Source: an uncultured virus (IMG/VR IMGVR_UViG_3300020367_000003) (taxonomy: Duplodnaviria; Heunggongvirae; Uroviricota; Caudoviricetes; Kyanoviridae). From it: a stretch of 64,000 bases of DNA. Numbering within the stretch: position 1 is the stretch's first letter; each line of letters begins with the position of its first letter. Location of the stretch: the IMG/VR virus record IMGVR_UViG_3300020367_000003. One strand, written 5' to 3'. Both the position numbers and the translations under genes were made by a program. Shown one piece after another: positions 48,449 through 58,400 of this stretch. Under the pieces are notes generated by a model. It saw only the letters and a list, made by a program, of their open reading frames with translations. It did no database searches and was not told the origin of the DNA.

Positions 48449-49984
48449 TTAGAACTCGATTACGATTTTGATGTCTTCAATTTGGTCACCCGCACGAGTG
48501 ATTGCTCCTCTGTTATCTATGTAAATAACGTCACCAGAGTTTGGATCTACTTCTGCTTTTGCATATCCGTTGGTAAATGCCATACCCAAATCATATTCAG
48601 CATTGTTAATGATTCTTGTTGATGAACCAGATACAATGGGGAAGTTAATATCAGGGTCAGCAGATGCACCTGAAATCGCACCTACTATTGGGTTACCACC
48701 TTCAAACTCAATTAGGTTACCAGTAAATTCAGGGAAGACTCCATCTATTCTATTCTGGTAATACTTTAGTACCTTAGTAGTACTATTCCATGATATAACC
48801 CTACCTCTTGCAGTTACCTGCTGACCACCAACGGTACGAGATTGGGTAATAATTTCATCAGTCTGGAAGTTTCCAGTAAAAGTCGGTGCAAATATCACCG
48901 CTTTTGTTGCACTCAATGTTAAATCTGAGGTTAACTCTTCAGTGCCAAACTTGTTAGGATTAATAACCAAACCAATACGACGATAGTCGTTATCAGTTGG
49001 GAAGTCACCAGATCCTTCATCATAGGTGAACTTAGTGTTTATCATTACACGGAAACCACCTAACTCAGTAGCAGGTGCTGCACCATGTCCCTCCACTGGA
49101 GGAATAACAACCTCGACACTACCACCAGTACCAGTTCCTGCACCAATACCGTTGACTTCATCGATGATTACTTTACCAAAGGTGTATCCACTACCACCAG
49201 ATGTCACAGTAGCAGAAGCAATTCTACCACCATCAACCACAAGTGATACTCTACCACCTACACCGTCTCCTTTAATGGGGACGTTTTCATATGTACCATT
49301 GTTATATCCTGCACCTGAAGATGCAATAATAACAGTATCAATCTCTCCACCAATAGCATCAGCAACAACTGCGGTGTCAGACAACACAGGCATATACTCA
49401 TTGGAGAAGAATTTCAAGACTTGACCAACAGGGATCGTAAACATATACTTCCAACGGTAACCATCAGCAGTTGTGATAATTGAAGTGGAGGTACCAGTAG
49501 GCTCAACAGTAGAAGGTTTACCGTTAGGATCAGAAGGACTTGTCCCATTAAAGATGCACTTGTAAACCTGATAAGACGAGTTAACAACGTAGAAATCTGC
49601 GTCGTAAAGTTTCGTCGCACCCGATGATGCAGTTTTAGTCGAGGAGTAATCATGGCGGTACATATCATAAACATAACCCAATCCACCAGTAGTTTGCTCT
49701 GGGGGTATCCAGTCTGTCCTACGGATAACCTGCACAGTATCATTCGCTAACACTCTCTTCATAGAGATCATGTCAGAATAGTCATCTGAAAACTCTTGGA
49801 ATGAATCTACTGGGTCTGGAGGTGCATTCTCGTTATCCCATGGTTGGGGTCTACCGATGAACACATACAAGCGATCCCTAGAAGTACCTGCCTCTAAGTC
49901 AGACTGTGTAGGTATAGGTCCCTCAAGTGCCTTGCGGAACCTTTCGGCAGTAAAAATTCTAAATTGGTCGGTAAGTAACGCCAT
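48449..49984 (-). CDS. gp8: Baseplate wedge subunit (T4 gp8)
   Basis: YVFIGRPQPW, YDMYRHDYS, YQVYKC, DGYRWKYMFTIP, QIEDIKIVIEF. Confidence 0.93.
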   Translation of the reverse strand: MALLTDQFRIFTAERFRKALEGPIPTQSDLEAGTSRDRLYVFIGRPQPWDNENAPPDPVDSFQEFSDDYSDMISMKRVLANDTVQVIRRTDWIPPEQTTGGLGYVYDMYRHDYSSTKTASSGATKLYDADFYVVNSSYQVYKCIFNGTSPSDPNGKPSTVEPTGTSTSIITTADGYRWKYMFTIPVGQVLKFFSNEYMPVLSDTAVVADAIGGEIDTVIIASSGAGYNNGTYENVPIKGDGVGGRVSLVVDGGRIASATVTSGGSGYTFGKVIIDEVNGIGAGTGTGGSVEVVIPPVEGHGAAPATELGGFRVMINTKFTYDEGSGDFPTDNDYRRIGLVINPNKFGTEELTSDLTLSATKAVIFAPTFTGNFQTDEIITQSRTVGGQQVTARGRVISWNSTTKVLKYYQNRIDGVFPEFTGNLIEFEGGNPIVGAISGASADPDINFPIVSGSSTRIINNAEYDLGMAFTNGYAKAEVDPNSGDVIYIDNRGAITRAGDQIEDIKIVIEF

Positions 49985-50006
49985 TGTCTACGGATTGCCT
50001 TCTTTA

Positions 50007-50014
50007 TATTTATA
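50007..50014 (-). promoter_or_regulatory. Late promoter TATAAATA upstream of gp8
   Basis: Exact consensus, intergenic. Confidence 0.75.
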
Positions 50015-50018
50015 GGGG

Positions 50019-51959
50019 TTAATCATCTTCATTTCTGGCATACAAATCGTATGACACAGAGAAGATATAACATTGAGCACCAGAATTATTTCCTCTTAGC
50101 ATTTCGCCATCTTGGAAATAGTATTTGTCAGGAGAAGCAACGAGGTTAGGGACAATACTTCTACCTATTAATGTAGTCTGGCCTGTCTTGGGTGTATTGG
50201 GTAAAACTTGAGTCATAGTTGCTTTAACACCACTGGTAATCCCTTCGATTTCTTCACCAGCTGGATTATATGCAGACCCTACTTGGAATTCTCCTACTAC
50301 TATCTCGAATGTTGATGTGTGAGCATCACCATCTCCTAACTGACCCGCAGATTGGATAGTTGCTACTAAAGCATTAGGACTTCCATCATATATCTGATCA
50401 CCTAATTGGAATAGAGTGGTATTTTGACCACCTAAAGTTTCCTCAATACCATATTTAGATGATGCAATACCACCATCTAAGTTAATCTGGTTTTCAAACT
50501 CAGTACCAGTGTTAACTAAGTCAATAATTCCATCACCAAATCGTTGCACACCTTCTTCATCGGTGTATTCTTCATCATTATCCTCAAACCTTCTGTTAAG
50601 GATCAAAGACAATGGGTCAGTAAAGGTAACTATATCTTCACCTTCCACTTCTAATAAAACATGTGGTTCAACACCTGTGCCAGATGCACCTGCGGTACCA
50701 CCAACGAATGCTATAATTTTAGACTGTTCACTGGATCTACCACCATCAATAAATGCCAACTCATCAACTTGGAATACGAGATATAGTGCTCTATTAACTC
50801 TATCCCAATCATATACAATAGCAACTCTGTTATTAGAGGATTCAACAACCCTTCTAACCTTATCAGTTACATTGAAATCATAATTTGTTAATCCAGTATT
50901 AGGATCATCCTGTAGGTTATCTAAGATAACTTTCTGGTCAAATCTAAAGTTAACTCCTCTATCACATCCTGTGAATGAATCCCATGGGACGTAATCTGGG
51001 TTAACGTTTAAGTCAGATTCATCATGCTTAGAGGTTTTACCTGTATATCTGATAACCTCTCTACCTAATAGAATCTTACCTGAACCTGGGAAAGGTGCAG
51101 TTGACTCAACATATATGGTATTCTGACTGGTATCTACGTCAGTAACTAATCCTGTTAAATTAAATATCGTAGAGTTTAAGGATTGTCTGACTCTTGCTGA
51201 CCTGATGAGGTTGGTATCTCTCGTGAAAATAATTTCTGGAGGAGTGCTATAACCTCCACCACCTGCCAATAGGTCAATGTTCGTAATGACTCCAAGGTCA
51301 ATAAACGCTTCTGCTGTTGCACCTGAACCTCCACCTTTAATAATTTGTATGAGAGGAGGTGTCTCGAAGAATTCACCTTGATTAGTTAATGTAATAGAAG
51401 AAACTTCACCAAACTGAGATACAGCAGCAACACCAGTTGCACCCTGTCCTCCACCACCTGATATGATGATGTTAACGTCTTCTTCTGTATAATTTCTACC
51501 TTGCTCTTCAATCGCTAGACCAGTAACCAGTCCTGTAACAGGTACTAATTCAGCACCAGATCCACCACCACCTTGAATAGATGCTACTGCATCAAAATAC
51601 TGGTCACCTGGAACTGTCATCTGAATGAAGTCAATTCCACCACTACCATCATCTTTTATGAATATCTGTCCAGTTGCTTTACCATCTGAAGTATCATCTT
51701 CGATGACTAATTTAAGTGGATCATATCCTTCACCTGGATCTAATACTTCTACAGCAGTTATAACACCAGCTTCACCTTCAATGACTGCTCTTAATACTGC
51801 ATCCCTGATTGGTGTACCACAATTCTCAATTCTTAATCTAGGAGGGTCATTAGGATCGTATCCTTCACCACCATTGATCACATAAACGTCCCTTACCCCA
51901 GATACACTATTAAATATCGGAATAATTTGAGCACCAGATCCAGGAACAGTTCTTGTCAT
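50019..51959 (-). CDS. Baseplate-associated structural protein with G.GY..(P).I.I.GGGG.GA repeats
   Basis: About five V...G.GY/GGGG.GA.A repeats typical of cyanophage baseplate proteins. Confidence 0.75.
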   Translation of the reverse strand: MTRTVPGSGAQIIPIFNSVSGVRDVYVINGGEGYDPNDPPRLRIENCGTPIRDAVLRAVIEGEAGVITAVEVLDPGEGYDPLKLVIEDDTSDGKATGQIFIKDDGSGGIDFIQMTVPGDQYFDAVASIQGGGGSGAELVPVTGLVTGLAIEEQGRNYTEEDVNIIISGGGGQGATGVAAVSQFGEVSSITLTNQGEFFETPPLIQIIKGGGSGATAEAFIDLGVITNIDLLAGGGGYSTPPEIIFTRDTNLIRSARVRQSLNSTIFNLTGLVTDVDTSQNTIYVESTAPFPGSGKILLGREVIRYTGKTSKHDESDLNVNPDYVPWDSFTGCDRGVNFRFDQKVILDNLQDDPNTGLTNYDFNVTDKVRRVVESSNNRVAIVYDWDRVNRALYLVFQVDELAFIDGGRSSEQSKIIAFVGGTAGASGTGVEPHVLLEVEGEDIVTFTDPLSLILNRRFEDNDEEYTDEEGVQRFGDGIIDLVNTGTEFENQINLDGGIASSKYGIEETLGGQNTTLFQLGDQIYDGSPNALVATIQSAGQLGDGDAHTSTFEIVVGEFQVGSAYNPAGEEIEGITSGVKATMTQVLPNTPKTGQTTLIGRSIVPNLVASPDKYYFQDGEMLRGNNSGAQCYIFSVSYDLYARNEDD

Positions 51960-53434
51960 ACGATTACAATGTTACCTACCATAGCGGGGTGAGCAGTACA
52001 CTCATAAACATAAGTGGTACCAGGACTTAAAGTCTGTGGGATAGTATAATACTGGACTCCAGTAGTTGAACCTGTAATACCATTAGTAATGGCAGATCCA
52101 CCTGCTGATGCTCTTATTTCAAATGGGTGAGCATTACCAGTTGTGTTAACGAATCTATATGTGAAACCTCTCATGAGGTATATTTGTGGGTTGTCAGTAG
52201 AAGTGCCAACTCCACCACCAGATAGTCTATATGCATTACTCATATTAGATGTAATGTCAAAATTGACGTGTGCGACTGCTGATATCCAGTCACTACCATC
52301 AAATATTAGTTGTTGTCCTCTAGTTGAAGTAGATGGTAAAGGTACATCTACATTAACTGTCAAAGTATTAGAAGTTGCTACTGATGTGCATCCTGAACCA
52401 CCTGCAATATTCAGGGTAGAGGTTGACAACTGTGCAGTTGTGGTACCACTATCACCTGTTATTGTTTTATAAACTTCTTGGACTACGTTAGGTGCATCAT
52501 TAGTAATTGTTAGGTCATCTCCTGCTATAGCAGTAGAAACTCCAGTGCCACCAACGAAATTAATCTGTGCTGTTGCACTATTTGCAGTCTTATTTCCTGA
52601 ATCACTACCTATGACACTGTAGAGATTCTGATCAGGGTCACCAAGTGTCCCTGTCATTGCTATTGTGAGGGTGTCTCCGACGATTGTAGTCGAGATATTA
52701 GTGCCTCCCGCAACTGTAAGGACATCAGTAGGAGCACTAGCAGTAGTACTGCCAGTGTCAGCAGTGATTCCTTCAAAGAGGTTTTGAGTTGTGCCACCAC
52801 CTCCACCACCTGACGAATCATCGTTAGCTGGTTCCCATTTGTTTGTTGATCCATTCCATTTAATAACTTGACCACCACTTGGACCGCCACCAACGGTCAT
52901 ATCAACGTCACCTAGACTACCTAATCCACTTTGCTCTGTTATTATTGGTACCCAAGCAGTGCTACTAGCAACTCTAGGTTTACCATCAGCAGAAACATAG
53001 GCAAACATACCATGATGACTGTTAACATCAGGTAAATCGCCTACTGTTGGGAAATGATTTGAATATTTTAATTTTCCATCTTCACCATCGATATAAGTAA
53101 GAGCACTTCCAGTATTGGCTGCCCAAAACTTAACATCGCCAGTCCCATTGGGTTTAAGAGTAATGTCACCATTTGCACTTGATATTATTGAGAAATCATT
53201 TACATCTACATCTTCAGTAAATGAGTTAAAACCGCCCTCAGCAAACTGAGCACCATTCCATTTAAGTAGTTGTCCCTGTGTCGGAGACCCTACATTAATT
53301 TGAAGGTTGGTATCGTTTCCCAGATTGGTATACAGTTCGTTGATGACGCTATTCAATTTGATAGCACCATCCCTCAGACTGTCACCAGTCCCGTCGTTTG
53401 CCGACGAACCTATATTGAGATTTTGCTTTGCCAT
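51956..53434 (-). CDS. gp9/gp10-like baseplate-fibre connector with a C-terminal cupredoxin-like domain
   Basis: MAKQ..NIG..ANDGTGD.LR.GA.K.N..I.ELY N-terminus; GDSG..TA..GG.G.ST repeats; HPF...YECTAHPAMVG. Confidence 0.8.
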   Translation of the reverse strand: MAKQNLNIGSSANDGTGDSLRDGAIKLNSVINELYTNLGNDTNLQINVGSPTQGQLLKWNGAQFAEGGFNSFTEDVDVNDFSIISSANGDITLKPNGTGDVKFWAANTGSALTYIDGEDGKLKYSNHFPTVGDLPDVNSHHGMFAYVSADGKPRVASSTAWVPIITEQSGLGSLGDVDMTVGGGPSGGQVIKWNGSTNKWEPANDDSSGGGGGGTTQNLFEGITADTGSTTASAPTDVLTVAGGTNISTTIVGDTLTIAMTGTLGDPDQNLYSVIGSDSGNKTANSATAQINFVGGTGVSTAIAGDDLTITNDAPNVVQEVYKTITGDSGTTTAQLSTSTLNIAGGSGCTSVATSNTLTVNVDVPLPSTSTRGQQLIFDGSDWISAVAHVNFDITSNMSNAYRLSGGGVGTSTDNPQIYLMRGFTYRFVNTTGNAHPFEIRASAGGSAITNGITGSTTGVQYYTIPQTLSPGTTYVYECTAHPAMVGNIVIV

Positions 53435-53455
53435 GAGTACAGTTTTCTACAAGGT

Positions 53456-53462
53456 TATTTAG
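53456..53462 (-). promoter_or_regulatory. Late promoter CTAAATA
   Basis: TAAATA core overlapping an upstream stop. Confidence 0.6.
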
Positions 53463-55447
53463 GTACCATCATATGTTTGTAGCGTAGAGTCAAATGTTGA
53501 CAATGTGCTATCGAAGCGATTATCAGTGCTTCCACCATCACCACCACCTGTGACAGTTAGAATTGCAGCTTGTGAATCTAATGGGGAGTTATCTGCTTGT
53601 ACTGGTGCTCCCACAGGACCAGTAATACGACATCTATAACGATATCCAGTCATATAAGACAGTCCAGTCAACTGATATGTGTCAGTTGTTGCTCCAGTAA
53701 CAGCACTGAATGCAAATCCACCGTCAGTAGACCTATACCATTGATAAGTAACTGGTCCGTCTTCTGGAGATATCTCTGTTTGGACAGTAAATGTTGCAGT
53801 TGCACCACTACTTACAGTTACATTCTGTGGTTGTAGTGTAAATGCTAGAGTTGGGATGACTGTGCCACCAGAGATAGCAAAACTATTACCCTGACCTGTA
53901 TGGAAATGACACCAATACCAAAGTAAGTTAGGTGCAGTGGCAGGTACAACCCATTCCATTCTACGAGTGGTTGCTGCCTCGAATCCCATATGATATTGCA
54001 TCATAGTCTTAGGTACACCATCCAATTTATAGGTAATACCCATCATATAATGGTCGTAACCAGCTAATTCACCATCTTCTCCAGGTGATACCATCAAAGG
54101 ATGGTAAGTATCACCGAAGGTTGCATTAGAATCAGCATCTTGATTGAAGATATACTTCGTAGTTTCTCTCTCAAGAGCGAAATTAGCAGGTTTTTCAACA
54201 CCATTGAAGTAGAATACACCTGTTGCTTGACCGTTTACTGAGTCTGTGCCCACTGTAACAGTAATAGTGACCTCTGGTAACTGTGCACCACCCTGTACAG
54301 GCTCATTAGTAAAGGTAGTATCAATAGTTTCTCTAGTTGTTTTACCAATAATGAATGGAAATTTAACAACATCGGTGTCATTTTCATCTACAGTGACGAA
54401 ATATGCATAAGTTCCTGTTGTATATTCAGGTGTAGTGCAGAATCTACCATTACAAGTGTCTAAATCACCAACACCTTCAACAAATTCCCAGTCCTCCATT
54501 AAGGTTCCAGCAGGAGGGTTGTCAGATGAGTTGCCATAATCAGGTCTTCCTGGTATTTCAACGTCTCTAACACGATATGAAGTCCTCATTACACGAGGTG
54601 TACTAATATTATCAAAGGGACTGTTATATCCATAGGGTCCGTAAATAGGAAATCCATCAAATGCTATGCCTAAAATCTTAGAATGACCGTCTGGATGTCT
54701 TAAATTATCACCATTAAACTGTGTTGACCCATAATAATCATTATAACCTGCCATTGCACCATTATTATTCCAACAATCTATAAAATGTGGGTCGTGATAA
54801 TGATACTGACCAGTTGTTTCTGGGTGTCCACCACAAGAATCTTCTCCAGAATCAACAAAAGGACTCTCTCCTGCTGCTATCCACTGAAAACCAGGAGGAG
54901 GGTTAAGTCCACCACCTGCTGATGGGTTAAAAATAGTAACTCCGTTACCTGCAATTCCTATAGCACCTAAAGGTGTAGCAGATCTGGAATTTCTTGCATC
55001 GAAATATTCATATGTTCCTGACACAGGAGTATTTTCCTGTGTATCCATAATCAAATCAAGTCTATCTGATGTTGCTAACCAGAATTCTCCTTCTATAGAT
55101 GTAAAAGTTGTACCTCTATAGATAAATCTTTTCTTCAGACCATCACTGAATACGAATAAAACTTCATCGCCAGGTTGGATAAAGTTACCAGTAAAGACAT
55201 TTAAGTCACTAGAGATTAACGATATCGACCTAATGAAACCGTCATGCGTATACTGATTAGAATTAAAAGTCCTAGTAGGTCCAAATGTTCCTCCACGGTA
55301 TAGGAAGTCATGATCAAAGTCCTGCTCTGTAATTGTATTGGAGTTATTATCATTAGGGAACACACCAGAAGCAACAGGAGATGGTAATCCATCTGCTGCT
55401 ACAGTAAGTATCTGGGTTGCTGAGTTAAATGATGCTGTACCTGCCAT
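53459..55447 (-). CDS. YHYH-domain virion protein with cupredoxin-like and Ig-like domains
   Basis: GIAGNGV..F, D.CGGHP...YHYH, GIAFDGFPIYGPYG, GDLD.CNGR..TPEY..GTYAYF; HPL...WYWCHFHTGQG; QPQNVTV..YQW..YRC. Confidence 0.85.
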   Translation of the reverse strand: MAGTASFNSATQILTVAADGLPSPVASGVFPNDNNSNTITEQDFDHDFLYRGGTFGPTRTFNSNQYTHDGFIRSISLISSDLNVFTGNFIQPGDEVLFVFSDGLKKRFIYRGTTFTSIEGEFWLATSDRLDLIMDTQENTPVSGTYEYFDARNSRSATPLGAIGIAGNGVTIFNPSAGGGLNPPPGFQWIAAGESPFVDSGEDSCGGHPETTGQYHYHDPHFIDCWNNNGAMAGYNDYYGSTQFNGDNLRHPDGHSKILGIAFDGFPIYGPYGYNSPFDNISTPRVMRTSYRVRDVEIPGRPDYGNSSDNPPAGTLMEDWEFVEGVGDLDTCNGRFCTTPEYTTGTYAYFVTVDENDTDVVKFPFIIGKTTRETIDTTFTNEPVQGGAQLPEVTITVTVGTDSVNGQATGVFYFNGVEKPANFALERETTKYIFNQDADSNATFGDTYHPLMVSPGEDGELAGYDHYMMGITYKLDGVPKTMMQYHMGFEAATTRRMEWVVPATAPNLLWYWCHFHTGQGNSFAISGGTVIPTLAFTLQPQNVTVSSGATATFTVQTEISPEDGPVTYQWYRSTDGGFAFSAVTGATTDTYQLTGLSYMTGYRYRCRITGPVGAPVQADNSPLDSQAAILTVTGGGDGGSTDNRFDSTLSTFDSTLQTYDGT

Positions 55448-55452
55448 GAGAT

Positions 55453-55459
55453 TATTTAG
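55453..55459 (-). promoter_or_regulatory. Late promoter CTAAATA
   Basis: TAAATA core overlapping the giant-gene stop. Confidence 0.55.
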
Positions 55460-58400
55460 TTGTCGTCAAAGATAAGGTCTGGAGTGAAGTTACTCAAGAT
55501 AGTAGCACCAGTCTGGACACTCAATGTAGCAGAGAGTGAGTAAACTGGGATTGCACCTGCTGCTGTGATAGCGACTCTATATTCGTCACCATCATCTGCT
55601 TGTTGTGTGATAGAAGTATTGTATGTTGCTTGGTTAGCACCAATGATGTTGCTCCAAGTCTGTGTACCATACTCCTTCTTCTGCCACTGATAATTCATTG
55701 TCTGGTCGTTAGTTACACTAGAGACAACTGTGAATGCTGCATTCTGACCTTGGTTAACAGTAACGTTAACTGGATCCTGAAGAATTGCTATTGTACCAGA
55801 TTCGATTGTGGTACCTCCACCACCTGCATCTGTGCCTTCACCTGCGAATACATCAAATCCACCGTTAATTGGTGCACCTTCTGGAGGTGTGAAATCATCT
55901 GGAACTACGTTATCAATAGCAACATTTGGTATAGAGTATCCAACACCAGATGTCTTAACATCTATGCGTGTAATACCCATCAATGCCTTGATGCGAGAAT
56001 CAAATCCAGAGGAAGATATAACGTCAACGTTAGGACGTGAAGTATAACCATCACCAGAGTTGGTTAGGTTAGCACCTGTTATCTTACCAGAGGTTATCTG
56101 AGCGATAGCAGCAGCATTTCTACCCTTAACTGATCCTGTATACTCAAAAGTAATCAAGGAGTTGGAAGATTCAATTAGAGCAACTTCACGATTAAATTCC
56201 TCACCCTCGATAAAGAGTTGGTCACCTGCCTCAACAGGAGGTACGACTGTTGCTGCGATAACGTCAGCATCACTACCAATATATGAGAAACCAACGAAGG
56301 TTGATCCCGCACGTGGGACTTCAGCGAAGATTAATCGTGAACCAACAATCTCGTATGCTAGACCTGGTTCCTGAATAATACCGTTAAGTGATACGATAAT
56401 GTTATTCTCAGGACGTATAACGTTAGAAGATACACCTTCAGTCAGTGTTAAGGAGTAGAATAAACCTTGACGCTTAAGGTTGAAGGAAGATCTCAATGAG
56501 TCAAACTCATAACTGATATCATCTAACTGACGTAATTTACCAACATAGTATCCAACGAATTGTGATCCAATCTCAGGAGGCTCAGCAAACTGAATCTTAT
56601 CTGAGTATGCAACATAAGAGTTAGCACCACCTGGAGGTTGTAGAATACCATTAACGAATACTAATAGATGTCCAGCTGGATCTGGGAAGTATGCTTCACC
56701 ATTAGAAATGGTTAAGTCAAATATTGTTTGATTTCCATCAAATCCTCTGAAGTATCTGTCAACTCTACCCTCTAGTGTCCTAGCAGAAGTAACAGCACCA
56801 CCCCATCCAAAGTCAGATACAAGTGACATATTATCAACAAAATCACCAACTGCATTCTCTACCCAAATTTCAGCAGTAATACCTGCTTGCTCTATAGCAA
56901 CTACTCTTGCATAAGATGAGTAATTTGTTGTAGTTACGTTTGTGCACTGTGCGTATATTGTTGGGAAATTAGACCCTAATTGAATCTTACCAATAGTATT
57001 AATTCCTTGAGTTACCTCAGAGATATCAGCACCTGCTCCAACAGGTACTAAGTTACCAATCCAAACTTTATGAATACCATAGTTAGGCTCGCCTGGATCT
57101 AATTCTAGACCATTAATATACTTGGTTACAGTAGCAATCCAACCTGGATTCTTCTGGACGGTACCTTGTAGGAGTGTAACCTCGTCACCAACGTTGAATG
57201 TATCAGAGATACCAGTATCAACGATAGGTACGCCTAGGTCTAATTCATAGGTTACTCTACCGTGTAACCACTGATTCAACTGAATTTGTGTACCACTAAT
57301 ACCCTTAACTGAAAGAATATAGTTAGTAACACTACCGTAGATAATATCACCAGGAGTCCACTGACTATCAATGGTCTCAACATCGATTGTAATTCTACCA
57401 CCTTCATTACCAGTTAGAGAACCAGACTTATTAACATAAGCATCCATGTATGCTTCAGTGTTAGCACCTTCCTCGAAGAACCAGTCACCTGCTGAGAATG
57501 CACCAGATGTAACGTTAAGTAAGAATCTTTCAGATGGAGTACCAACTGTTGCAGTTGTGCCACTATCTACACCCTCAACAACATCATTCAAGTTAATAGC
57601 ACCTGCGATGGAGTTAAGTTTAAGGATAGATTCACCTGTGTCATCATCTGTTGCAGCAGTCTGTAATACAAAACCAGTATTAGAAGTTGCACCTTGGACT
57701 TGGACAGTCTCACCATTAATGAAGTTTTCGTATGTGCCAGCCGATTGTGATACACCAGTTAAATCATAGTGTGTATACATCTTATAAATCTTACCTTCAT
57801 TAGTAAGGACATTTGATACCTCAGCACTAGATCCAGATGTTGACCCATATACAACGTCAGCAGCATTGAATCCACCTTGTATTGGAGTATCGGACATATC
57901 AACTGGGTATGTAGGAGCAGTCCTTGAAATACCACTTCTCTGCATTACTTGGAATACCTGTGTGTTTGAGTTAGATGTATCTACTTGTAGTAATCTAAAT
58001 CTACCATCGTGGATATAGGAAGCACCTATTTCAAACCACTGAGCAGTAGCAGTTAGACAGTAGAAATATTCCTGATTTGTCAATCCACTAAGAGCTTGAC
58101 CACCAGTAGGAATGTAACTTAACACATCACCACGACGGAAGTTGTTTGGTTGATTAATTCTTATTCTATATTCAGCACGGTCATATCCAACTTCAACTTC
58201 AGGAGTTAGAGTAACCAATGCAGGGTCGGTGTTATAATCCCAACCTACTTCATTCCTTGTAACACGGTTAACAGCATCACTAGATGCAATCCACTGGACT
58301 CTTGCTTCTGTTGGGAATTCTCCTCTCTCTAAAGCAAATTCAAGTGGGTTAAGTGAAGAGTCAACCATAAATTCAACTGCTTCTTGATTCCACTCAAGTC

